Below are positions 7,823 to 15,265 of a stretch of DNA of 32,000 nucleotides, one piece after another (within the stretch, counting starts at the first letter, position 1; every line of letters starts with the position of its first letter). The notes beneath the pieces are model-generated. The model had not been told where the DNA came from, did not search any database, and saw nothing but the letters and a program-made list of their open reading frames with translations. Made by a program: the position numbers and the translations under genes. Source of the stretch: Candidatus Saccharimonadota bacterium (GTDB lineage Bacteria > Patescibacteriota > Saccharimonadia > Saccharimonadales > Saccharimonadaceae); the NCBI GenBank assembly GCA_039920285.1, contig JBDSDX010000001.1:720001-752000 (forward strand), given 5' to 3'.

Positions 7823-7990
7823 GTCGCCTCCATTTCGTTTGTTTCTTGAAAGGGCACACAAAACCCGCCACAAGGCGGACCATTTTATGGGCCCCATGAA
7901 TGTTTCCAAACATGACGCGTAAACGAGCCTGATGACGGGATCAGTACTGTTTACGCGATTTACAACCATATCTCATATATATAAGGGTTA
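7823..7990 (-). other. Candidate structured 5' leader or attenuator (alternatively a small RNA) upstream of the micro-ORF
   Basis: A long interrupted hairpin pairs 7916..7924 with 7949..7957, with an inner stem 7929..7933/7940..7944. A GC hairpin CCGCC-UUGU-GGCGG (7865..7878) is followed on the minus strand by GUUUUGUGUG, then by the SD. TATATA-type -10 boxes lie at 7976..7983. Confidence 0.3.
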
Positions 7991-8098
7991 GGTCTTGCCA
8001 AATTGTTGGTATGCACCTCTTTGGTGCTCATCATAAATTGTAGCACACGGACTCTTAACTTCTTCGAAACATAGTTCTGAGTTTAGCGGACTCACCTC

Positions 8099-8127
8099 TT
8101 GACGCCGACAGTCGTTTCATGTACAAT
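8099..8127 (+). promoter_or_regulatory. Promoter TTGACG-17-TACAAT for rpmA
   Basis: TTGACG at 8099..8104, a 17-nt spacer, TACAAT at 8122..8127. There are 35 nt between the -10 hexamer and ATG 8163, giving an estimated leader of about 29 nt, with an AAGGA ribosome-binding site. Confidence 0.6.
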
Positions 8128-8162
8128 CATACAGATTGATTTTATAAGTTTAAGGAAAAAGT

Positions 8163-8435
8163 ATGTCACACGTTAAAGCAGGTGGTTCAAGTAAAAATAA
8201 CCGCAACAATGCCGGTCAACGACTCGGTGTCAAACGTTTTGGTGGCCAAGTTGTGCGTACTGGTGAAGTCCTCGTTCGTCAAACTGGAAGCACTAAGATC
8301 GCTGGACCTGGTGCCTTCATCAGCCGCAACTTCACGATTCACGCTGCAAAAGACGGTGTCGTTACTTTTGCGAAGATAAAGAAAAGCCGTTTCACTGGTA
8401 AAACAGAGATGCGCACCCAAGTTAGCGTCGTCTAA
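8163..8435 (+). CDS. rpmA: 50S ribosomal protein L27
   Basis: MSHVKAGGSSKNNRNNAGQRLGVKRFGGQVV... is the canonical L27 N-terminus. Length is 90 aa. Confidence 0.95.
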   Translation: MSHVKAGGSSKNNRNNAGQRLGVKRFGGQVVRTGEVLVRQTGSTKIAGPGAFISRNFTIHAAKDGVVTFAKIKKSRFTGKTEMRTQVSVV

Positions 8436-8453
8436 GGCTCTGATCTAAAAAAG

Positions 8454-8480
8454 AAAATCTCCTGTGAGGGAGATTTTTTT
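8454..8480. terminator. Bidirectional rho-independent terminator
   Basis: AAAATCTCC (8454..8462) pairs perfectly with GGAGATTTT (8469..8477) around the loop TGTGAG. The T-run extends to 8480, and an A-run on the left gives a U-tract for the minus strand. Confidence 0.8.
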
Positions 8481-8488
8481 ATGCCATT

Positions 8489-9967
8489 TTATGCAACTTG
8501 CGGTTTCGGTATCGCCTTGAGTCGAACATTCTCTTCTTGGAGTTGCCCCAATGAGCCTCCTAATTGCGTCAAGATGCTGTCAATTGCTATGAGGTCTTGT
8601 GTATTAATCCCATTGCGTCCAATGTCCGGGATACTCCGAACGATTTCGAGGACATTTCTTGTTTGAGAACGAGATCGCTCTAGTCCAGCTGTTATATTAT
8701 CAAGACGACCGTTCATAACCATCGAACCACGTTCATCGTTCAGTCTATCGGCCTTATTCTGAGTTGCAACAGTCAGGTCGACAAGCCTATCTTTAATAGG
8801 GCCGCCTTCATTTCCATCTCCTACTCGACGATTAACTTCCTCGAAGAATCCTGCCCGAACACTGTTAAGCTGATACGGCGCATCATCTTCAGCAAAGACT
8901 CTCGCTTCCATACTTCTTTTTCGAAGAGGTTCAACGTGGAATTCACTTTCCTGAATGGCCATAGATGCTTCTTGAACGCTCGTCTGAATCTCACTAAGAA
9001 GTTTAGCTGCGCTTCGTAGTGTCTCTACTCCACCGTCACGAGAATCAATTTGTGCAATAATATTTCGAAGTTTTCCACGCTGTCGGTTGATAGTGTCCCC
9101 TAGAGCGTCTTGTCCATTTTCACCATTGCCAACAAGGACGTTCAACTCGCTCGTAAGACGATCGACTCGTTCTTGATGTTCCATGGCGACTTGATCCAAT
9201 TCTTGATCAATGTTCTCGACACGTCTTTTTGCTTCGTCCGTCATCGCTTGCATCTCTGCTGTTTGCGCTGTTTCGGTACTTTCTGGGGCAGACTTCGCTT
9301 CAGAAGGTTCGCCGCCCATAATCTCGGCCATACTCTGACCCGTTGTTTCAGGCTCTAAAGGTGCTTCAACTTGTGGCATATCCATCGTTCCACGAACCAC
9401 ATCGGCTGATACGGCTTCAAATGGTACCTGTGGTGTCTCGACAGGCGCTTCAGCAACAACGTCGTGCGGATCATCAACTTCAGCAATATCGAGCACTTCG
9501 TCACCTATCTTTTCAAGCTGTTCTTCTCTCTCAATTTCACTTTTTGCTTCGACAGGAATAGCAACTTCTGGTAGAGAAACAGGTCCTGTCTCAGGTGCTG
9601 GTTCCGCAGCGGGTGCTTCTGCAGCTGAAGTAAGTGCGCTTATCTCAGCCCGAGGTTTCGTTTCCTCGTTAATATTTTCGTCATACGCCGCTCGTTCGTT
9701 CATCAACGCAATTTGATTATCAACTGATAAATCTTCCGCTGAGAGTGCCCTTCTTGCATATCCCGTCTCGGTCTTCGGTTTCCCTGTTTGCTGATCGATG
9801 ATAGGTTGTTTATTTGCATCTCTCATAATGAACTCTTCAGGTTCAATCGAATCGTAATATTCTCGGCCATCTTTATGGAACTCGCCTGTTGGCACCATAT
9901 CCGTAATAAGCCCGTTTGTGCGCCTAACGAGTTTTGCTTCAAGATTTTTTTCGTTTTGTTCAGTCAT
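8489..9967 (-). CDS. Orphan 492-aa acidic protein: N-terminal domain, Glu/Pro/Ala-rich disordered linker, long helical C-terminal domain
   Basis: No TM segment, signal peptide or recognised motif. The central region (about nt 9217..9640) encodes repeated EAP/ETP/EPE-type low-complexity sequence. It starts 32 nt after the receiver gene, behind an A-rich, SD-less spacer. Confidence 0.65.
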   Translation of the reverse strand: MTEQNEKNLEAKLVRRTNGLITDMVPTGEFHKDGREYYDSIEPEEFIMRDANKQPIIDQQTGKPKTETGYARRALSAEDLSVDNQIALMNERAAYDENINEETKPRAEISALTSAAEAPAAEPAPETGPVSLPEVAIPVEAKSEIEREEQLEKIGDEVLDIAEVDDPHDVVAEAPVETPQVPFEAVSADVVRGTMDMPQVEAPLEPETTGQSMAEIMGGEPSEAKSAPESTETAQTAEMQAMTDEAKRRVENIDQELDQVAMEHQERVDRLTSELNVLVGNGENGQDALGDTINRQRGKLRNIIAQIDSRDGGVETLRSAAKLLSEIQTSVQEASMAIQESEFHVEPLRKRSMEARVFAEDDAPYQLNSVRAGFFEEVNRRVGDGNEGGPIKDRLVDLTVATQNKADRLNDERGSMVMNGRLDNITAGLERSRSQTRNVLEIVRSIPDIGRNGINTQDLIAIDSILTQLGGSLGQLQEENVRLKAIPKPQVA

Positions 9968-9999
9968 GATTTTTTTGTTTTTTTATGTCCGAGAATGTT

Positions 10000-10401
10000 C
10001 TAAATGTCGGTTGGTTTTTGTTCTAACATACCGAGATGGAATTTGACACGTTCGATGACGTCGCCGATAACGACTTGTGATTTCACGAGATAATCGTTTA
10101 CACCGAGTGCTTCAGCACGCTCTTTGTCTTTTGGCTGACTCAATGCGGTCAACATAATGACACGAATTTGTGCAGTCTCAGGAGTATTGCGAAGAATATC
10201 AAGCACATCGAATCCACTGATCTTTGGCATCATTGCATCGAGCAAGATAAGATCAGGCTTAAAGTCAATCGCTGCAGACAAGGCTTCTTCGCCGTTGAAC
10301 ACACCTTTCGTTTCAAAGCCTTCGATATCAAGTCGTGATTTGTAGACTGCCGCTAGGGCTTCGTCGTCTTCAACAAGGAGGATTTTTTTCTTTGCGTCCA
10401 T
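10000..10401 (-). CDS. Single-domain response regulator (receiver only, DivK/CheY-like)
   Basis: The 133-aa product shows KILLVEDDE, LILLDAMMP (phospho-Asp), MLTAL and YLVKS. There is no output domain. Confidence 0.85.
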   Translation of the reverse strand: MDAKKKILLVEDDEALAAVYKSRLDIEGFETKGVFNGEEALSAAIDFKPDLILLDAMMPKISGFDVLDILRNTPETAQIRVIMLTALSQPKDKERAEALGVNDYLVKSQVVIGDVIERVKFHLGMLEQKPTDI

Positions 10402-10410
10402 ATGGCATTT

Positions 10411-10416
10411 ATTGTA
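10411..10416 (-). promoter_or_regulatory. -10 box TACAAT, 9 nt upstream of ATG 10401
   Basis: Reverse complement reads gtagTACAATaaatgccatATG. No SD is present. Confidence 0.35.
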
Positions 10417-10460
10417 CTACAGTCATCGCTCCAAGCACAAGCGACAACTCCAGTAGTCCC

Positions 10461-11663
10461 CTACTTTAATAACCCTTTAGCAGCGTCGAGCTGTGGATCT
10501 CGACCAGCCGTGATGTCATCTTGAGAAATATCAACGACTTTATTAGGGGTGATTCCTTGCTTCGAAATGTTCACACCTTTTGGTGTATACCAACGAGCAA
10601 TCGTCACTTTCAGTTGCGCGCCTTCAGGAAGTGAAATGAGTTTCTGTACACTTCCTTTGCCGAATGTCTTTGTCCCGAGTAATTGCGCTACACCGTAGTC
10701 CTGAAGTGCTCCAGAGACAATTTCGCTCGCACTGGCGCTACTTCCGTTCACAAGAACGACCGTTGGGAGTCCTTTCAAAATTGGACTGCCTGTACTGAGT
10801 TGATTATCACTTTTTCCGTTAGTGCGTTCGCTCACCACAATCTGATGATCGAGCCAGAGCCCCGCAACTGCTTGTGCGGCTGTCACATAGCCGCCTCCGT
10901 TGCCACGCAGGTCAAGAACGACCGATGTGACACCTTGGCTAATGAAACTGCGTGCAGCCACTTGTGAGAGGCTTGCTGTTTGGTCATCAAAACGAGTAAT
11001 CGTCAAAATACCCACACCATTTTCAACACTACTGTACACGCTTGGATTATTCACTTGGGCGCGAGTAATAGTAAATTCCTTTGTATCAGCACTGCGGAGA
11101 ATAGACAACTTCACTGTCGTGCCAACTTCACCGCGAATCTTACTGACTGACTCAGTCACTGTTTTGCCTTGAGTCGACTCATCGTTTACTTTCGTAATGA
11201 CATCGCCGACAGCCAGTCCGGCTTTTTCGGCTGGGTTGTCGCGAAGTAAACGAACCACTGTCAAATTGCCACTTCGGTCAGCAAGTTCAACACCGATACC
11301 GCCACCAATATTACCGCTAAGGTCATTATTAAATTCATCGGTCTGAGTTTTATTCATATAGAGTGTGTACTCGTCACCAAGTGCGTCCACCATACCTTTA
11401 TTCGCACCCTCAATCAGCTTCTGGTCATCAATCGTACCGTCATAGTTCTGCTTGAGGTCGGCATAGACACGTTGAACACGGGAGAGATCGAGTGTTGACC
11501 CGACGCCCTTCATACCAAAGACCGACGCAATACCGCCAGTTATTTGGTTGTTATATGTACCAGCGACGTAGCCGACACCTGCAATAAACACAAACACAAG
11601 AATCCACACAGCCATAGGCACGCGATCATTCATTTCTTTTCGCATACGACGATTATTTACCAC
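10461..11663 (-). CDS. S41 family C-terminal processing peptidase (Ctp/Prc-like) with PDZ domain and N-terminal membrane anchor
   Basis: The PDZ region is GIGVELADRSGNLTVVRLLRDNPAEKAGLAVGDVITKVN. The catalytic Ser context is LVNGSSASASEIVSGALQD and the Lys context is TFGKGSVQ. The GTG start at 11663 is preceded by AGGGGAG 5 nt upstream. Confidence 0.85.
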   Translation of the reverse strand: MVNNRRMRKEMNDRVPMAVWILVFVFIAGVGYVAGTYNNQITGGIASVFGMKGVGSTLDLSRVQRVYADLKQNYDGTIDDQKLIEGANKGMVDALGDEYTLYMNKTQTDEFNNDLSGNIGGGIGVELADRSGNLTVVRLLRDNPAEKAGLAVGDVITKVNDESTQGKTVTESVSKIRGEVGTTVKLSILRSADTKEFTITRAQVNNPSVYSSVENGVGILTITRFDDQTASLSQVAARSFISQGVTSVVLDLRGNGGGYVTAAQAVAGLWLDHQIVVSERTNGKSDNQLSTGSPILKGLPTVVLVNGSSASASEIVSGALQDYGVAQLLGTKTFGKGSVQKLISLPEGAQLKVTIARWYTPKGVNISKQGITPNKVVDISQDDITAGRDPQLDAAKGLLK

Positions 11664-11705
11664 TCGGACTCCCCTATTTTTTCAGTTAAAACTAGTCTCT
11701 ATTAT

Positions 11706-11730
11706 AACGCACCCCATAGTGGAGTGCGTT
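11706..11730 (-). terminator. Weak hairpin after the CHAP gene
   Basis: Arms 11706..11715 and 11721..11730 pair as 7 bp, one mismatch, then 2 bp. The U-tract is poor. On the minus strand the stem runs directly into a TATAAT (reverse complement of 11701..11706; the stem's last base 11706 is the hexamer's first T), which may serve the peptidase gene. Confidence 0.3.
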
Positions 11731-11751
11731 GATAAAGTTTACGGTTTTAGG

Positions 11752-12939
11752 CTATTTTATTTTGACGTAGTGGTCAAAGGCGCTTGATGACAATGTCATC
11801 AAGCTGTACATACCGTAGCCCTGACCATAATCATAGTTATACTGGCTCACAGTTACCATACTGCCGCTAACTGATTCTACCCAAGCAACGTGTCCGTAAC
11901 CTTGGCCTGCTTTTGCTGGATCCATCACAGCGATTGAACCAGGCATTGGAGCCCCTTCGCTATAGCCAGCACGTTTTGCATAACCTGTAAATTCAACGGC
12001 ATTACCCCAGTTATAATAGACGCCTGTTTCTTTAGCGATACGCCACGCGACGTAGCTGGCACATTGACGACAGCCGTAGCCGCGTCCGTCACCACCGTTA
12101 CCATCAGCTCCACCGGTTGAAAGATATCCCCACATGGCACAGTTCGAACTATTCCACGGATACGCGGTTAGTGAACCTGAATCAATCAAGACATATCCAC
12201 CACTACCGCTAATGCGAGCGCGGATCGCCGCTTGAGTTGCTTTAGCTTCAATAATTTGGCTTTGGCTGCTGGCAATCAAGCCTTGATAACCAGATTCGCT
12301 ATTTTGAGTTTTATTCAATAAAGTCTGTTGTTCATTTTCTTTGGCAACCAATTCGTCACGGGCAGTTTTTTGTTGATTTAAGACTTTTTCAACATCAGAT
12401 TTTTGCTTGCTGAGTTTCGACTTCAAATCTTTGACCGTTTTAATAGTGGTTGCGAGTTGATCACGAATAGAGTTCTGGTATTCCTGCTTATTTAGGTAGT
12501 CGCCAATATTCTGACTACTCGCCAACATTTCCAATGGTGATGTTTCACCGTCAACATAAAGATCAGCCAAGGTTGTCCCGAGACCATCTTGGTTTTCTTT
12601 AATCTTCGCTTCGGTATCGGCGATATCGATAACCAATTTGTCGTATTGCGCCTGACTCAGATCGACTTGCTTTTGAATAGCAGCTTTTTCGTTGGCAAGT
12701 TGTGACAATGCATTTTGGAGTGTGGCTGCCTCCCCATTCAAACGATCCGCTTCAGCTTGGTACACAGCCATGTCTGCCTGAAGCGCACGAATCTTGTCAT
12801 CGTACTCATCAGCGTAGGTTGGCAGTGTCGCGTGAATGCTCGCAAAAGCAAAAACAAGGGCGATAAGAGAGAAAGATACTCCCCTAAAAATACGGGTGCG
12901 TTTCAAGTGTGAAGCTGGTGTGGTGGTGCGCAGTTTCAT
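11752..12939 (-). CDS. Secreted coiled-coil plus CHAP-domain peptidoglycan hydrolase (PcsB-like)
   Basis: A signal peptide (FSLIALVFAFASIHATLPTYA) is followed by a heptad-rich region of about 200 aa. The C-terminal CHAP domain has its Cys in CRQCASYVAWRI and its His in GYGHVAWVE. Confidence 0.8.
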   Translation of the reverse strand: MKLRTTTPASHLKRTRIFRGVSFSLIALVFAFASIHATLPTYADEYDDKIRALQADMAVYQAEADRLNGEAATLQNALSQLANEKAAIQKQVDLSQAQYDKLVIDIADTEAKIKENQDGLGTTLADLYVDGETSPLEMLASSQNIGDYLNKQEYQNSIRDQLATTIKTVKDLKSKLSKQKSDVEKVLNQQKTARDELVAKENEQQTLLNKTQNSESGYQGLIASSQSQIIEAKATQAAIRARISGSGGYVLIDSGSLTAYPWNSSNCAMWGYLSTGGADGNGGDGRGYGCRQCASYVAWRIAKETGVYYNWGNAVEFTGYAKRAGYSEGAPMPGSIAVMDPAKAGQGYGHVAWVESVSGSMVTVSQYNYDYGQGYGMYSLMTLSSSAFDHYVKIK

Positions 12940-12948
12940 GCTCTTATA

Positions 12949-12977
12949 AGTTTAGCATAAGCAGCATGCTCCGTCAA
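12949..12977 (-). promoter_or_regulatory. Promoter TTGACG-17-(TGc)TAAACT, 9 nt upstream of the CHAP gene ATG
   Basis: Reverse complement of 12940..12979 reads ccTTGACGgagcatgctgcttaTGcTAAACTtataagagc, then ATG 12939. Confidence 0.45.
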
Positions 12978-12979
12978 GG

Positions 12980-13963
12980 TTAGAGCTTGAGGTAGCGACG
13001 TGTCGCCATGAGAGACGAGATGATGCCAATAAGGAATCCTATGAGAATCATACCGAGCAATACAAATCCTGAATAAAATGTCAGCATGTCGATGGTCGGT
13101 TGAATGTTGATGGCGTAGCTCTGAAGTGACGGTGCCGCTAAGTACAATATGCCGTATCCCAGCCCACTAGCGATAAGTGCTGCGAAGAACCCGTAGACCA
13201 TTGCTTCAACAATAAATGGACCACGGATAAACGAACGTTCGGCCCCAATCAGTTTCATCATCTGAATCTCCTCGCGGCGGTTAAAGATAGCCATGCGAAT
13301 CGTATTAAAGATAATCAGCGTCGAAATCAATACAAAGATAATACTGGCACCAATCCCCACCTTCTGAGCGAAGTCGACAGCCCGAGCAATCGTTTCGATC
13401 GTCGCTTTTTTAGACCCAGCAAATGACGGGGCGTGTGCAGGATCGAGTCGGCTTTTCGCGTATGTATTATCATTCACAAAACTCGCCAACTGGGTTGTAT
13501 CATTAATGTCTTTTACTTTAATGCTTAAGGTCCATGGGAAACTATTCGTCGCTTCTTTAATAGCGTTGAGTGAACCTTGGTCTTTATTCTGATCGATAAA
13601 CTTCTTGCGTGCGTCATCCGGAGAAATCGTATTCACCGATTGAACGGACGGTAATTTGCTCACATCTGAGACTACTTTTGTCACATCTTCACCCGGTGTA
13701 TCAGTTTTTAGGTAGATCGACATCTGCACCTTGTCGCGCACATCAGTCAATGTATCAATAAGGACATTTCGCGCGGTAAAACTCGTGAAGATGACAAATA
13801 AGGTAATTGTCATGACGGCGGTTGCAGCAATGGTAAGCCAAGCGTTACGCGTAAAGTTATTGACGCCATACCGTAGCATACGCATAAATGTCACCCACTG
13901 TCGTCGGTGTCGTTTTTGCTGTGCGAACGACTTTGAGTCGAGCTTCTTTTTACCCTTGGCCAT
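12980..13963 (-). CDS. ftsX: Cell division ABC transporter permease FtsX
   Basis: It has four TM segments with a large first extracytoplasmic loop and follows ftsE. I start it at ATG 13963 (MAKGKKKLDS...), 16 nt after the ftsE stop. The ORF-track start at 14032 would overlap ftsE by 53 nt. Confidence 0.85.
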   Translation of the reverse strand: MAKGKKKLDSKSFAQQKRHRRQWVTFMRMLRYGVNNFTRNAWLTIAATAVMTITLFVIFTSFTARNVLIDTLTDVRDKVQMSIYLKTDTPGEDVTKVVSDVSKLPSVQSVNTISPDDARKKFIDQNKDQGSLNAIKEATNSFPWTLSIKVKDINDTTQLASFVNDNTYAKSRLDPAHAPSFAGSKKATIETIARAVDFAQKVGIGASIIFVLISTLIIFNTIRMAIFNRREEIQMMKLIGAERSFIRGPFIVEAMVYGFFAALIASGLGYGILYLAAPSLQSYAINIQPTIDMLTFYSGFVLLGMILIGFLIGIISSLMATRRYLKL

Positions 13964-13979
13964 TATAAAATCTTTCCCA

Positions 13980-14663
13980 TTATTGTCTGTAGCTTCCCTC
14001 GGCCTGGTCACCGGTAATTTTGCCGCCTTCAATCGTAATCACCCGTCGTTTCAACTTATTGACGATGTCAGCGTTGTGAGTAGTCAGGAGTACGGTCGTA
14101 CCATATTTATTAATCTTTTCGAGTAATCGAACAATGTCCCAGCCGTGTTTTGGGTCGAGGTTTCCTGTCGGCTCATCGGCAATGAGAATTTTTGGCTGAC
14201 GAACGACCGCACGAGCAATCGCGACACGTTGACGTTCACCACCAGAAAGCTGGCTCGGGAAATTTTTTTCTTTTCCTGTTAGACCCACGAGGTCGATCAC
14301 TTTTGGCACGGTGTTCTTGATTTCACGTCCGGTCATGCCGGCGATCTCAAGTGCGAAGGCGATATTTTCAAAGACAGTGCGTTGTGGCAACAGTTTGAAA
14401 TCTTGGAAAACAACACCGATTTTACGACGAAGCATAGGAATTTGTGAATCTTTCAATGTGTCGTAGTCGATACCACCAACGACGATCTTACCACTGGTTG
14501 GTTTTTCTTCTCGAGTGAGAAGTTTTAAGAGAGTCGATTTACCAGCGCCACTGGCGCCGACAATGATGACAAATTCTCGGGGTTCAATGAACAGACTCAA
14601 CCGACTCACGGCTGGTGTACTGTCTTTTCCGTACGACTTTGTAACCCTATCTAACAGAATCAT
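13980..14663 (-). CDS. ftsE: Cell division ATP-binding protein FtsE
   Basis: Walker A is GASGAGKST, the signature is LSGGERQRVAIARA, and Walker B is ILIADEPTGNLD. Length is 227 aa. Confidence 0.9.
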   Translation of the reverse strand: MILLDRVTKSYGKDSTPAVSRLSLFIEPREFVIIVGASGAGKSTLLKLLTREEKPTSGKIVVGGIDYDTLKDSQIPMLRRKIGVVFQDFKLLPQRTVFENIAFALEIAGMTGREIKNTVPKVIDLVGLTGKEKNFPSQLSGGERQRVAIARAVVRQPKILIADEPTGNLDPKHGWDIVRLLEKINKYGTTVLLTTHNADIVNKLKRRVITIEGGKITGDQAEGSYRQ

Positions 14664-14673
14664 TGCTCTCAGT

Positions 14674-14682
14674 ATTATAGCA
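14674..14682 (-). promoter_or_regulatory. Extended -10 box TGcTATAAT, 10 nt upstream of the ftsE ATG
   Basis: Reverse complement reads atgcTATAATactgagagcaATG. Confidence 0.45.
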
Positions 14683-14719
14683 TAAACTTGTTGCGTCGAG
14701 CCTGTTGGCGCATCACTTT

Positions 14720-15256
14720 TTAGACATCGAGTAGTGTGCTGGTGGGAACTGGTTGCCAGTCCTTGAGTGTGTGGTCAAAAATGTAGAGACAGATCTCGCG
14801 AGCATTCTCATATATTTTATCTTTTGGCAGCTCTGCGATTTCATCACGAGTAAATAATTCGATGTCGAGCGATTCCCCTTCGTCGGGTTCGTTGAGTGGT
14901 GGCTGGTCAGTAACAAAGGCGTAACCCACATCTGTATGAAAGTGGCTTTCACCAGCTTGATGAGTACTATGCACTACTGCAGTCGGGTGCAGTACAGCGC
15001 CATGGAGTTGTGTCATACGGTCATCCGGTTGCATGATCTTCAACTGTTCTAACTCGTACCCCGTTTCTTCACGTAGCTCGTGAATGATTGTTTCAGTCGG
15101 GTTTTCATTCAGCTCAATATGTCCACCAAACTGCAAATACATATGAAATTTCTTGTGGAGATGCAGCATCATTTTCGGTTCATCGAAATCAGTTCGGATA
15201 ATATACATGCTTGCTGTGTGATCATGTTGACCTGAATCGTTATGAATATGCGACAT
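14720..15256 (-). CDS. NUDIX hydrolase
   Basis: The Nudix box is GGHIELNENPTETIIHELREETGYE. A strong SD (TAAGGAGGGACT) immediately precedes the ATG and overlaps the prfB stop. Confidence 0.85.
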   Translation of the reverse strand: MSHIHNDSGQHDHTASMYIIRTDFDEPKMMLHLHKKFHMYLQFGGHIELNENPTETIIHELREETGYELEQLKIMQPDDRMTQLHGAVLHPTAVVHSTHQAGESHFHTDVGYAFVTDQPPLNEPDEGESLDIELFTRDEIAELPKDKIYENAREICLYIFDHTLKDWQPVPTSTLLDV

Positions 15257-15265
15257 AGTCCCTCC

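Noticed and set aside
7712-7969. 85-aa ORF taken at face value as a CDS
   Set aside because: I have not fully rejected it, but I prefer the shorter version. The N-terminal 49 residues are W- and C-rich and coincide with strong hairpins and a terminator-like stem. A GGAGG precedes the internal ATG at 7822. A TATATA 6 nt from ATG 7969 keeps the long form possible, so both readings are reported.
7823-8098. tRNA, SRP (4.5S) RNA, 6S RNA or a known riboswitch class in the large intergenic region
   Set aside because: There is no GTTCGAATC-type T-loop or cloverleaf. There is no GGAA-tetraloop with the symmetric-loop signature of SRP domain IV. The hairpin loops lack the ACGR of guanidine-II, and the region does not fit the fluoride or guanidine-I/III consensus as I recall them. 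The identity stays open and would need a covariance-model scan.
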